Shown here: positions 13,202 through 28,375 of the stretch, one piece after another
Numbering within the stretch: position 1 is the stretch's first letter
Layout: every line of letters starts with the position of its first letter
Source: Octopus vulgaris
Taxonomy: Eukaryota
Assembly (NCBI GenBank): GCA_951406725.2
Contig: OX597822.1
Location: 115,630,001 to 115,694,000 of the forward strand
Reading direction: 5' to 3'
DNA: 64,000 bases
The notes under the pieces: model-generated
The model's input: the letters and a program-made list of their open reading frames with translations, nothing else
The model's database searches: none
What the model was told of the DNA's origin: nothing
Position numbers and translations under genes: made by a program

Positions 13202-13755
13202 GCCCTGATGCAGTACCAGGCAGTGGCTCTCATGGCTTCTGATCTTAACTGATTGGAAGTGTTATCATGTACATTGTTTTGTCTTGGTATAAAAGATGGG
13301 CTACAGCAAATATTCTGCTCAATACCACAGATTTGCTTGTCAGTTGTTTGACTTTAACCAGTTGAGCATGTCCCTTAGTGGCTGACGATATGTGCATCTC
13401 TGATCATGAGCAGAAGTAGTGGGGGAGCATCATAGCCATGTGTTGAGAGGGATTCTTTGGGGTTTGAATAATTCACCTCTGGAAACATGGGTGGTTCTTT
13501 CAACATCCTTAAACAACCCTTATTCAGGGACCTTTTGAGTGGGATGGGCTACTCAACCTGAAGAAAATTCTAATTGGGCCCCACCTGCAAGGTCATGTGC
13601 TGTTTATCTTGATATGAGATCACCATGTCGCGCACATATGGTTGTGATGCATGTGCCTGGTGTACCTTTATCAGACGGGTAGTCATGATGGGTATATTGG
13701 GCTTCGTATATTTTACCCCAGTGTCACTTTGATGGCATGAACTGCTCTCTCACTC
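13200..13755 (+). mobile_element. Element D: ~555-bp non-coding (TAA)n-inserted element, full length
   Basis: ATGCCCTGATGCAGTACC...CTGCTCTCTCACTC flanked by (TAA)n; same ends at 37850-38404 and nearly the same at 41009-41551; no long ORF. Confidence 0.88.
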
Positions 13756-13756
13756 G

Positions 13757-13790
<34 letters not shown>

Positions 13791-13791
13791 C

Positions 13792-13868
<77 letters not shown>

Positions 13869-13888
13869 TAATAATAGTAATAATGATG

Positions 13889-13969
<81 letters not shown>

Positions 13970-13972
<3 letters not shown>

Positions 13973-14463
13973 TAGTTTTATTTTTATAGCGTGCTTTCAC
14001 TTTACTACCGAGCGCAGCTCTGTGTGCCTTGGGTATGTGCTGTGATTTGTTGTGATGCTTTGATGGTTATTGTATGGAAAGTGTTCTGCGTAGGATGTGT
14101 GCAGTGCCTAGTAGTGCAATTTTCTGTATGTTATATGTGTTTGTAAGTCCTGGTGTTTTTGTTATGTATTTGTCTGAATATTTTTTTATCATGCCTAATG
14201 CACCTACTATGATAGGAATTGTTTCTGTTTTCAGGTTCCACATTCTAGTTACCTCTATTTCCAGGTCTTTGTATTTTGAGAGTTTCTCCATTTCTTTTAG
14301 AGACACGTTGTCATCTGCCGGTATTGATACATCAATTAGAAAGCATTTTTTTTCTTCATGATCTCTGACAACTATATCTGGTCTGTTGGCCTTAATTTCT
14401 CTATCTGTGTGTATCGGCATATCCCAGAGTATGGTTGCTTTCTCGTTTTCTGTGACCTTTTCT
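13970..14463 (-). mobile_element. RLE LINE family C, 5'-truncated (endonuclease region in frame)
   Basis: ORF 14067-14420: NRPDIVV...FLIDVSIP...EKLSKYKDL (PD-(D/E)xK-type RLE); (TAA)n on both sides. Confidence 0.95.
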
Positions 14464-14480
14464 TCTTCTTATTATTATTA

Positions 14481-14562
<82 letters not shown>

Positions 14563-14573
14563 CATCATCATCA

Positions 14574-14626
<53 letters not shown>

Positions 14627-14639
14627 GCTGTTGTTGCTG

Positions 14640-14820
14640 TTTCAATTTTTACCTCAGGGGCAGCCATTTTGAGGGAGACGATGAGTCGATTACATCGACC
14701 CCAGTGTTTCACTGGTACTTAATTTATCGACGCGGAAGAATGACCCGGAAGAATAAAGTCAAACCCGGCGCAATTTGAACTCAGAACACAGCAACAGACG
14801 AAATACCGCCAAGTATTTCT
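14640..14820 (-). mobile_element. S4 SINE, partial
   Basis: GTCGATTACATCGACCCCAGTG..ACTGGTAC..TTTGAACTCAGAAC matches the S4 reverse complement. Confidence 0.75.
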
Positions 14821-15339
14821 TGTTCTTTCTGGTTTTCTCTCCCACTCCTCTCCTCACCGTTTGTTCTCACTGTTCTGTTCTTGTTACCACTTTCACCCTC
14901 CGCAAAAAATCCCAAATTTTATTTAATTTTCTTTTCAGGAAGGATTGTTTCAATGAGGTCGTGTACTGTCCTTACCTTCGAAAAAGCGGAGTAGATGAAA
15001 CACGGACAACTGAAGAAGAGGAATATTCTTTATGTTGCCGGTCTCGCTTCCCTGTTTGTTTTTCCGTTGTTGGAAAAAAGTTCGTTTTTTTATGTTTTTG
15101 CTTTTATGTTTTCGTTTCTCATTGTGTTCAACGTTTTTTTTTATGTCCGGTACCCATATATGCATGTCTATATATATATATGTAGGTATGTACATATCTG
15201 TACGTATATATGCATATATTTATATATTATTTATATTATTATATAATCGAACGTCACGCATCCATTTCCAAGTAAGTTTTATCTATATATGTATATATAT
15301 ATATATATATATACAAGTACATATAAGTGTATATATATG

Positions 15340-15387
<48 letters not shown>

Positions 15388-15401
15388 TATATATATATAT
15401 A

Positions 15402-15642
15402 CATTGTTGCATTTCGGGTCGGTAATTTTTTTGCCAAGTAAGCACGCGCACTATATATTCGTTCTTCACTTGTTCATTACTGCTCTTATTCTAACTCTTG
15501 TCAATTGTCTGGAAATCTTTCATTACACATCTGTGACCTCTTCAGTGATACATTCCGTCTTCATGTGTGCTTTTCCTTCGCTTATTCCATTCTGTTCTAT
15601 GGTGTTTCACATCAGGAATCATGCAACACAAATTCATAAACG
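15402..15642. mobile_element. Second copy of the Penelope-like terminus seen at 4861-5290
   Basis: Homologous to the left arm 4861-5035, followed by the same ~40-bp tail TTTCACATCAGGAATC.TGCAA.ACAAATT.ATAAA. Confidence 0.6.
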
Positions 15643-16236
15643 TATATACATATACATTTACATATATACACATATATATATACATACATACATACAACAT
15701 ACATACATACATACATACATACATACATACATACATACATACATACATACATACATGCATACATACATATATATTTACATATATATATACAGATACAGAC
15801 ACATAGACGATACAAACATGGACAGGAAAAGCCAGTACGTAACATTCATGGCTTTCTTTCATCAGTCAAGCTTCCAATTATCATTACAGTTTCGACCAGT
15901 TACACTTGAGACTGTTCAAAATTGGTAGGCCCCAAAAATCTCAGTTAAGAGCATTAAAGTTTTTGAAGAAACCAAGCGAATATGTACGATAACACAGGCA
16001 AAAAGAAAACGAGAAAACGGAGAAAATGTTACACAATTACAAATACAAACAACAAGAACAACAACAGGTGTTTTTCGACTAATATGGATAAGTTAAACTG
16101 AGCTGGCGTGTAAAGGGGAAGCCTTAAATCACAAACATAGATGAAAGTTAGGTGACAGGAAAATAAGGTATTGTGCTGGTGGTGGTCAAGCCAAGAATGA
16201 AAGATCATGCTTGGCCGAACACCAATCACGTGGGAG

Positions 16237-16338
16237 GAACAGAGAGAGGTGGGAGGTAGAGGGATTGAAGAATTAGGGAGGAACTAGAGAGAGGTGGGAG
16301 GTAGAGGGATTGAAGAATTAGGGAGGAACTAGAGAGAG
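16237..16338. repeat. ~45-bp tandem duplication
   Basis: GAAC(T)AGAGAGAGGTGGGAGGTAGAGGGATTGAAGAATTAGGGAG occurs twice plus a partial third copy. Confidence 0.9.
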
Positions 16339-17287
16339 AGAGAGACACACACACACAAACACAGAGGAAGGGACATGGGGCAAGGTACAGAGGAGATAAC
16401 ATGTATATATATACAATAAAACAAGTGGTTTACACCTGGTAGCTTACTGGTAAAGCATGGTCGTCACTTTCACAGTGTTCGCTATGTACATGTTAAATGA
16501 AAGACGGAAGATGGAATATAGGAGGAATTTTATTATTAATCACGACAATTATTAATCTCTACACATATAGCATCGATCTCTCATGGGTGGGACAATGAAT
16601 TTGAGTCACTGTTAAAATAATTTACTTTAAGATATCGATGAATTAAGTTGAACTTTAACCATTCTTATAAACATCAATTAGATATTTAACTCGCTTTGTA
16701 ATCATGAGTTCACCAAAACACGTGTGCGCATGCTTACATTTTCGCGGTTCCTAGTATGAGATAGTGTGCACGTATCGTGCAACTTGTGCCAGGGCGTTTG
16801 TACATCCATATTTGTTAACGGTTAATTTTTATACTTTTCTCGCTCTATTGCGTGTTCGTTTCTTTTTTGCATCTGCGATTTTATTTTTGATCTTCCATAT
16901 AAATGAAGCTTATTCGTTTTGCTGCTTTTTTTCCTACGAAATGAGAAGATACGTTGCGGAACTGTTATTTTAAAGAGTTGCATCTATTTATCACCCGACA
17001 AGACACATCTGCACCACCGGATGCTCCTGAACCAGTTGTTAAGTGACCCAGCCCTGAGGGATCGATGCTAGATGTGTCGAAAGAATTGCCGTGATTAATA
17101 ATAAAAATTCTCGTATATTCCATCTTCTGTTTATCATTTAACATATATACATATATATCTTTAAACACACACATACACACACACGAACGTGTGTTAGTGT
17201 TGTGTGTGTGTGTGTGTGTGTGTATAAACCTACACGTATTAACATATCTAAAATATTAGATGAATGTGTATGTAACGATATGTGAGA

Positions 17288-17319
<32 letters not shown>

Positions 17320-17327
17320 GTGTGTGT

Positions 17328-17363
<36 letters not shown>

Positions 17364-18273
17364 CTGTGTGAAAATATGAAAATATGCAAGGGAAGGGCGT
17401 GTGAAGCGTGAGAGGTGCTGTCCTGCAACGTGGTTTCTGGATTTAATAACTTGCTATGTTATGGCCTTATAACGGTGAATGAACTTTGAGACCCGGATGT
17501 GACAAGAGGATATGACAAAGTTTATTTCTACAACAACAATAACGACACCACCATCGCCACCATCGTCGACGCTAGCAGCTGCCTTACGTTAACTGCTTCC
17601 TTCATCACCCCTGAAAAACCATCAGCAACAACAACAACAGCAACTCTGACACTATGCCTATTATTGCCACTATTGTCCCGTTCCCCACTCCCTTTATGAC
17701 CATCACCACCAAAACAACAACAACAACATCAACAAATACTACTACTACTACAATTACTACTACTACTGCTGCTGCTGCTGCTGTTGCTGCTGCTAATACA
17801 ACGGCATTAAAATCCAGCATGGCCCACTACTTCACCAGCACCTCCGCCACCATCACCGCCGCCGCCGTCGCTGCCGGTTCCGTGACCATCGTCGACAAAG
17901 CACGAATGCGTCTGTCTGTGATATCACTAAACCCCCCCCCCCCCAAGAGACACCTCAATCACCAGTTGGAACAATCTTTCATTAACAAGTTTATACTGTT
18001 ATACAAAAATAACGCACATTGAAAGAAACTTTACATCCTGTTCGAGATTCTTTCAAGTGTCTCTGGTTTCCTTGATGCTTGTGTATGTGTATGTGTGTGG
18101 GTGTATGTGTGCACGCGTGCGCGTGTTTGTGTGTGTGTGTGTACGCATATGTATAGCAATATATATGTAATTATGTATATATATATATGTGGGAATGGAT
18201 GTATGTGTTAATATATATATTTATATGTGTGTGTGTATATATATATATACATACACACACACACACATAGTGT

Positions 18274-18600
18274 AGGCGCATGGCTCAGTGGTGGTTAAAA
18301 CGTCGGGTTCACAATCATGAGCCCGGACCGGGTTGCGTGTTGTGTTCTTGAGCAAGACACTTCATTTCACGTTGCTCCAGTTCAATCAGCTGTAGACGTG
18401 ACTTGCAATGTCCCTGGTGCCAAGCTGTATCGGCCCCTTTGCCTTTCCCTCGGATAACATCGGTGGCGTGGAGAGGGGAGGCTGGTAGGCATGGGCAACT
18501 ACTGCTGGTCTTCCATAAACAACCTTTCCCGGACTTGTGCCTTGGAGGGGAACTTCCTAGGGGCAATCCCATGGTCATTCATAGACGATGAGGTCTATTT
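18274..18600 (+). mobile_element. tRNA/CORE-like SINE family S2
   Basis: GGCGCATGGCTCAGTGG head, TGTGTTCTTGAGCAAGACACTT CORE-like block; homologous to 49122-49461. Confidence 0.82.
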
Positions 18601-18636
18601 TTTTATGTACATACATATTGTATATGCACACATATA

Positions 18637-18807
18637 GGCGCAGGAGTGGCTGTGTGGTAAGTAGCTTGCTAACCAACCACATGGTTCTGGGTTCAGTCCC
18701 ATTGCGTGGCATCTTGAGCAAGTGTCTTCTGCTATAGCCCCGGGCCGACCAATGCCTTGTGAGTGGATTTGGTAGACGGAAACTGAAAGAAGCCTGTCGT
18801 ATATATG

Positions 18808-18842
<35 letters not shown>

Positions 18843-19050
18843 TTGTGTGTCTGTGTTTGTCCCCCTAGCATTGCTTGACAACCGATGCTGGTGTGTTTAC
18901 ATCCCAGTTACTTAGCGGTTCGGCAAAAGAGACTGATAGAATAAGTACTGGGCTTACAAAAGAATAAGTCCCGGGGTCGAGTTGCTCGACTAAATGCGGT
19001 GCTCCAGCATGGTCGCAGTCAAATGACTGAAACAAGTAAAAGAGTAAAGA
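18637..19050 (+). mobile_element. tRNA/CORE-like SINE family S3, full length with internal (TA)n(TG)n
   Basis: TGGCTGTGTGG A-box, GGTTCAGTCCC B-box, ATCTTGAGCAAGTGTCTT CORE-like block; many partial copies in the window. Confidence 0.88.
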
Positions 19051-19604
19051 GTATACGCACATATGATCATATATGCACGTATATACCTTTGATCAGTATT
19101 GAACTTCGTAATTGTGAGTGTGAGTGTGAGTGTGTAATAAGGTAACGACTTCAAGGGTGAGAGAGTGATCCCTAGATTTTCTATGAGTACATCGTTCCCT
19201 TTACGTCGTCGTCCCCAACTTGGGGCTAAGTGAGCGTTTTATTTTTATGTAATGTAACTAATCTGATATTTATTCTTCTATAAATACTTATGGTTTTTAT
19301 TGAATGCTTTCTCTTACTCTATGTAGATCCCCTAATTGTTTCGCATTTTGCCTTCGTACTTCTTGTAATGTTGTCAGCCAATAAATTAAATCATCATCAT
19401 TTCCATCACCATTTTCTTAATTTGTCCTCGCATCCGTCGTTTTTCTCGCAAAATCTAAAATGACTACCCTTGCTGCTGCTACAACCATTACTACTATTCT
19501 TGCTTCGATAGTTTCCACTGCCCCAACTGGGGCATCTCTGAGTTCCGAGAATGTCTGCTGCGTTGTGTTCGGTTCGTTTTGTTATAGGATTTAGTTTCTA
19601 GACT

Positions 19605-19972
19605 GGTTTCAAATTTTGGCACAAGGCCAATAAGTTCGGTCGAAGAGGTAAATCGATTACATCGACCCTAGTGCTCAACTTGCATTTATTTGAAAAATAA
19701 AGTCGACCTCGAATTCAGAACGTAGCGGCAGACGAAATACCTATTTCCTTACTACCCACAAGGGGCTATACACAGAGGGGACGAACAAGGACAGATAAAC
19801 GGATTAAGTCGATTACATTGACCCCAGTGCGTAACTGGTATTTATTTAATCGACTCCGAAAGGATGAAAGGCAAAGCCGACCTCGGCGGAATTTGAACTC
19901 ACAACGTAAAGTCGGACGAAATACAGCCAAGCATTTTGTCCGACGCGCTAACGATTCTGCCAGTCCACCGCT
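19605..19972 (-). mobile_element. Nested or tandem S4 SINE copies
   Basis: Two overlapping reverse-complement matches to 20592-20803. Confidence 0.8.
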
Positions 19973-19999
19973 TTAGTTTCTTGTTAATGTTTGCTCAGT

Positions 20000-20575
20000 C
20001 GTCTGTGGTGTGTATAATGTGGATTGCGCCATTTTTGTGCCTTAATCTTGTATAGAACATGTTGCACAAGATCTGTTATTTTAAATTATTAGGTTTTTCT
20101 TGTATAATGTGTGTGTTGTGTGTGAAGATTGTTCTATTTGAGCTATTCTATTGAACGGATAATCTACGGCGCAGGGTGTAGGCTGTTCCCAGCAGGGCTC
20201 TTTTGGGAGACATAGTGTAGTATTTTAATCCCTGGTATGGTTTTTAAGATTTATTTCAAATTTTTAATACTGTATCCAATACTCCAGTTACTAGTGGTAT
20301 TGTTTTACCCTCATGTCCCGCTGAATGAATATTTCAATTTCAAGCTCCTTGTGTTTAGATAGCGTTTCCACTACCTTTCGGGCAATGTTTTCATCAGAAA
20401 GGATTGCAATGTCTATTAGCGTGCATCTGCTTCTTTTCCAATCATTTACTATAATGTCCAAACTGTTTGCCTTGATCTCTTTGCCAGACTGGCCGAGGAC
20501 ATCACAGATTATTGTGGACAGGTCATTGTCAAGTACTTTGTTTGGTACATACTTGAACTAATTCTTATTCCTCTC
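20000..20575 (-). mobile_element. Old RLE LINE fragment, family F
   Basis: Decayed ANSLDIIVND...TLIDIAILSDENIARKVVETLSKHKELEIEI endonuclease-like peptide; 3' boundary uncertain. Confidence 0.7.
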
Positions 20576-20591
20576 CACTTATTATCATTCA

Positions 20592-20803
20592 GGCGGTGAG
20601 CTGGCAGAATCGTTAGCGCACCGGGCGAAATGCTTAGCGGTATTTCGTCTGTCGCTACGTTCTGAGTTCAAATTTCCCCCGCGATTGACTTTGTCTTTCA
20701 TCCTTGAGGTGTCGATTAAATTAAGTGCCAGTTACGCACTGGGGTCGATCTAATCGACTTAATCCCTTCCCCAAAATTTCAGGCTTTGTGCCTATAGTAG
20801 AAA
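20592..20803 (+). mobile_element. tRNA-derived SINE family S4, reference copy with (ATT)n tail
   Basis: GGCGGTGAGCTGGCAGAATCGTTAGC head, GAGTTCAAAT B-box, CTTTCATCCTT..GGTCGAT.AA.TAAGTACCAG-type core (resembles the Meta/Sauria-type domain, from memory), followed by (ATT)n. Confidence 0.85.
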
Positions 20804-20812
20804 TTATTATTA

Positions 20813-20855
<43 letters not shown>

Positions 20856-20870
20856 GATTATTATTATTAT

Positions 20871-22600
<1,730 letters not shown>

Positions 22601-22603
<3 letters not shown>

Positions 22604-23559
22604 GTTTGACTTTTGCTTTATATTTGTACAAGTTGGCTCCAAGTCTCACCCAGAGACCTCAAGAGACAACAAATTGGAAGTTCATGTTGTTGTTATGCCT
22701 AGTGTGCCATATATTTGGTTTTGTACTTAGTGTTGTACTAGTGAATGCCTAAAAAATTATGTTTGTTTTAAAACTTGAAATTACATAGAAAGTATTTTGC
22801 GTAGGATATGAGCAGTTCCCATGAGCACTATCTTTTGAATTTCTGCCATTTTGGGGTTTCCTCATATCTGAGTTAGGTAGCTATCAGCCCCTTTTGCTAT
22901 CATTCCCAGGGCACCTATGACAACAGGTATTGTTTTAGTCTTCAGCTTCCACATTTTGCTGATTTCTATTTCAAGATCTTTATATTTGCTCAGTTTTAGG
23001 TAGGTCTTGACAAATACGTTTATATCGATTGGGACAGTCATATCAATGAGGAGGCATGTTCTTTGTTTGAAGTCTTTCAATATGATGTCTGGCCTATTTG
23101 CATCTATCTTTCTGTCAGTTTGAATGGTGAAGTTCCAGAGGAGTGAGATGTGGTCATTTTCAAGCACTGGGTGTGGTTTGTGTTCCCACCAGTTTTTTTC
23201 ATGGGGCAAGTCCAGGTTTTTGCAGATTACCCAGTGAATATATTGTGCAGCTCTATCATGCCTGTTGAGATACTCTGTAGGTGCAAGAAGACTGCACTTG
23301 GAAACCACATGGTCAATGGTTTCATTTTGTTGTCGGCATACACGACACGTTGGACTGCTTCTGATCTTTTAATATGTTGGCCTGGTAGTTTCTTGTTGGT
23401 AGGCATTGATCTTGAGCTGCTATGATAAACCCCTCTGTTTCAGATTTTAAGCCAGAGGCCATTAGCCATTGATGGGTCAGGGCTTTGTCAACATCTGCAT
23501 TATTTGCTCTCTTTGGGTATTTGCCATAGAGAGGTTTTTCTTGCCATTTATCAGAATAT
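22601..23559 (-). mobile_element. RLE LINE family B, 5'-truncated copy 1
   Basis: CCHC knuckle, RHDRAAQYIHW, NRPDIILKD..LIDMTVP..KLSKYKDLEIE; ~180-bp 3' UTR; (TAA)n on both sides. Confidence 0.93.
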
Positions 23560-23576
23560 TATTATTATTATTATTA

Positions 23577-23625
<49 letters not shown>

Positions 23626-23651
23626 CATTATTATCATTATTATTATTGTTG

Positions 23652-23735
<84 letters not shown>

Positions 23736-23738
<3 letters not shown>

Positions 23739-25530
23739 GTTTGACTTTTGCTTTACATTTGCACAAGCTGGCTCCAAGTCTCACCCAGAGACCTCAAGAG
23801 ACAACAAGTTGGAAGTTCATGTTGGTGTTATGCCTAGGGTGCCGTATATTTGATTTTGTACTTAGTGTTGCGCTAGTGAATGCCTAAAAAATTATGTTTG
23901 TTTTAAAACTTGAGATTACATAGAAAGTATTTTGCGTAGGATATGAGCAGTTCCCATGAGCACTATCTTTTGAATTTCTGCCATTTTGGGATTTCCTGGT
24001 ATCTGAGTTAGGTAGCAATGAGCCCCTTTTGCTATCATTCCCAGGGCACCTATGACAACAGGTATTGTTTTAGTCTTCAGCTTCCACATTTTGCTAATTT
24101 CTATTTCCAGATCTTTATATTTGCTCAGTTTTTGGTAGGTTTTGACAGATACGTTTATATCGATTGCGACAGTCATATCAATGAGGAGGCATGTTCTTTG
24201 TTTGAAGTCTTTCAATATGATGTCTGGCCTATTCGCATCTATCTTTCTGTCAGTTTGAATGGTGAAGTTCAGGAGGAGTGAGATGTGGTCATTTTCAAGC
24301 ACTGGAGGTGGTTTGTGTTCCCACCAGTTTTTTATCATGGGGCAAGTCCAGGCTTCTGCAAATTACCCAGTGAATATATTATGCAGCTCTATCGTGTCTG
24401 TTGAGATACTCTGTAGGCGCAAGAAGACTGCACTTGGAGACAATATGATCAATGGTTTCACTTTGTTGTTGACATACACGACATGCTGGACTACTCCCGT
24501 TCTTTAATATGTTGGCCTGGTAGTTTCTTGTAGGTATGCATTGATTTTGAGCTGTAATGATAAACCCTTCTGTTTCAGATTTTAAGCCAGAGGCCATTAG
24601 CCATTGATGGGTCAGGGCTTTGTCAACATCTGCATTATTCACTCTCTTTGAGTATTTGCCATTGAGAGGTTTTTCTTGCCATTTATTATTCAGAATATCT
24701 AAGGCCGCAGTTTTAGCGCGGGTTTTCATGCGCTTAGCTTTTTCTGTGCCGGTTTCTTGTGTGTCTAATTCCGAAATTTGTTGTATTCGGAATTCACTTA
24801 GATATTCCTTTGCTTGTTTTGTTACTGAGTATGATGCCTTCTTGTTTTCATGTTTTGAGACAAGTTTTAGCATCCAGTCCTCAGACTTTTTCAGGTAGGT
24901 GTCTATGCCAATTGTAGCAACCTTCATTGTTATTGCCAGTTGCAAACCCCACGGCCTCCCTCTTTTCTTGGTAGATAAAGTCGATCTATATCTGCCTTAG
25001 GGTGGTGCATTCTATGCATTGTCGACAGTATTCGTATTTTGCTGTCAAGATTACATATTTCAGTAATTGACCAGTTAACGATATTGAAACTGTAAGTCAT
25101 GACTTGTATGGCTAATGCATTGATCGCTTCGATCCTGTTTCTCGCATTCAGCTCTGTCTTGAGTATTGCTCTTACTCTGCGATAACATTCTTTCCTGATC
25201 CTTTCCTTCATCATTGAATGCCTTATTCCGTCCCCTTCAACTACCCCTATGTACTTGTAGCTCTCTGCTGGGTCTAACTCTTTTATGCCATTCTACAGGT
25301 CGAGGTAAACGTTAGATGTTTCTATCATTTTTCCTTTGATAAAAGTAGCTTTTGCACATTTATCGAGGCCAGATTGCATTCTGATGTCATCGCTGAATTG
25401 TTTGACTATCGCTATTAAGCCCTTGAGTTGTTGATCATTTTTTGCAAAGAGCTTTAAATCATCCATGTAAATGAGATGATTTATATTTTTATCCGACATT
25501 TTATACCGTACTGTGCGTCATTGAGCAACT
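23736..25530 (-). mobile_element. RLE LINE family B, 5'-truncated copy 2 (RT to endonuclease, frameshifted)
   Basis: HLIYMDDLKL, YKYIG, GGRG, CRVCQQQSETIDHIVSKC, NRPD..ID..KYKDL; 3' UTR matches copy 1. Confidence 0.95.
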
Positions 25531-25589
25531 AGTCGCTTCCCATCAAAATCTCAGCCGCTGTGCCTTTAACAGAAATGAATATGATTATA

Positions 25590-25790
25590 ACGGAGCGCCG
25601 AGTCGTTAGCGTTTGTTTCTTTCTATGTTTTCTTTTTTTGCTCTTTATGTTCTGAATTCAAATTCCACCGTGGGCGACTTTGCCCTTTATCCTTTCGGAG
25701 TCGGTAAAATAAGTACCATTTGAGCATTGAGCTCGATATAATTGACCGACCCCTCGCCTAAAATTTCAAGCTTTATGCCTTTAGTAGGAT
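25590..25790 (+). mobile_element. S4 SINE (degenerate head) leading into (ATT)n
   Basis: Core and tail match 20592-20803. Confidence 0.75.
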
Positions 25791-26680
<890 letters not shown>

Positions 26681-27284
26681 CACCTAATTAATGCGTATAC
26701 TGTGATGTTGCGCGGTTTGGGAGAGTTGCAGTGTATTGCAATGGATAGAGGGAAATAGAATTGAAGCCAGATCGTCACGTGCTTTTTTGTTTGTCGTCAT
26801 TTTGGTTTTGTCTTTCTTCTAACACCGCCGCTCTTCATTGTCAGGTGCCCCGTGATACGTCACACCGACCAACCCATCGATCTACTTACCTACGCTACAT
26901 ACATAGCTCCTTATTAACCTACCTACAAGCCTATCTACCTACTTAACCGTCTATCTCTATACTTGGCTACTTATCTTTCATTCTAACTGGCTGGCTGTGA
27001 TATTCATAGAAGATACCTCTAAACGGTCAATTTCATCTTAATTAATAACTGTTTTTATTTCTCGGTAAACACTTTTCTCACTTCAATGACAAGAAAGACG
27101 TCATCCGACTGACTTTTCAATATCGTACGGATGTATGGCTGGGGCTTTAAGACTTTATTCTTCTCGTTTACAATGGACAAGCGCTTCCTGCCTTCCGGTA
27201 ATGGTTCCCCCCTACAATAATAGCATTCACATTTCTTATTGTCACTTTCAACAACTTTTTCTTTCGTTACTTTGTCTCCGTGTC

Positions 27285-27350
<66 letters not shown>

Positions 27351-27511
27351 TGTGTGTGTGTGTGTGCGCATCCATGTACATATATATATACATGTAAATA
27401 TATATGCGAGTGTGCGTGTATGTGTATACATCCATACATGTATATGTATATATGTATATGAATATGCATACACGCATATGTGTTTGTGTGTCTTTATCAT
27501 TTTGTATGTGT

Positions 27512-27564
<53 letters not shown>

Positions 27565-28262
27565 TATAAATAGCTATACATGTATATGCATTTATATATC
27601 TATATATATACATATATATACATATAAGAAAAACAGAAAAAAGGAAAAGAATATGTTTATATATATATGGGTGTGTGTGTGTATACACATAAATATGCAC
27701 ACAAATACAGATACATATATATACGCATATATATATATAAATATATATGAGCGTATATGTGTATGTATATATATATATATATATAGATGTATATAATAAC
27801 CATTCATACACACACATATGTGTGTATGCATGTATATATATATATATATATATGCATATATGTATATATATGTGTGTGCGTATGTATGTATGCATGTATG
27901 TACATACAAATATTTATGTGTGTGCATATATGTGCGTGCGCGAACGTATGTGTGTGTAAGTCAACTACTTTGCCTTCCATGCATTTGGAGGCAATAAGTT
28001 GAGTACCAGTCATATACTGTGGTTTCATTCTTTTACCCTCACTCATTCTCACAGTCATTCCCTTTCTTATACCCTTTAATATTGTAATGTCTAACTTTGA
28101 TCATTGTAAACCCCACCATTTATATTATCTTCCATGCCTCGGGCCTTTGTAGCCAGTAAAAATATTATCATTATTATCATTATTATTATTGTTGTTGTTG
28201 TTTTTATTGTTGTTATTGTTGCTGTTGTTGCTGTTCGTCTTCTTCTTTTCCTTTTTCTTCTT

Positions 28263-28372
<110 letters not shown>

Positions 28373-28375
28373 CAT

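Noticed and set aside
13200-13230. Hammerhead or HDV-like ribozyme at the D 5' end
   Set aside because: CTGATGC is not CUGANGA, there is no suitably placed GAAA, and I could not build a P3/L3/P1.1 arrangement
13505-13530. Element D as a telomerase-RNA derivative (CAACCCTTA resembles a TTAGGG template)
   Set aside because: Mismatched to CTAACCCTAA, mid-element position, and no recognisable pseudoknot or H/ACA end
14074-14361. Recurrent plus-strand ORF MESVLRRMCAVPSS...
   Set aside because: Antisense shadow of the family C endonuclease, repeated only because the element is repeated
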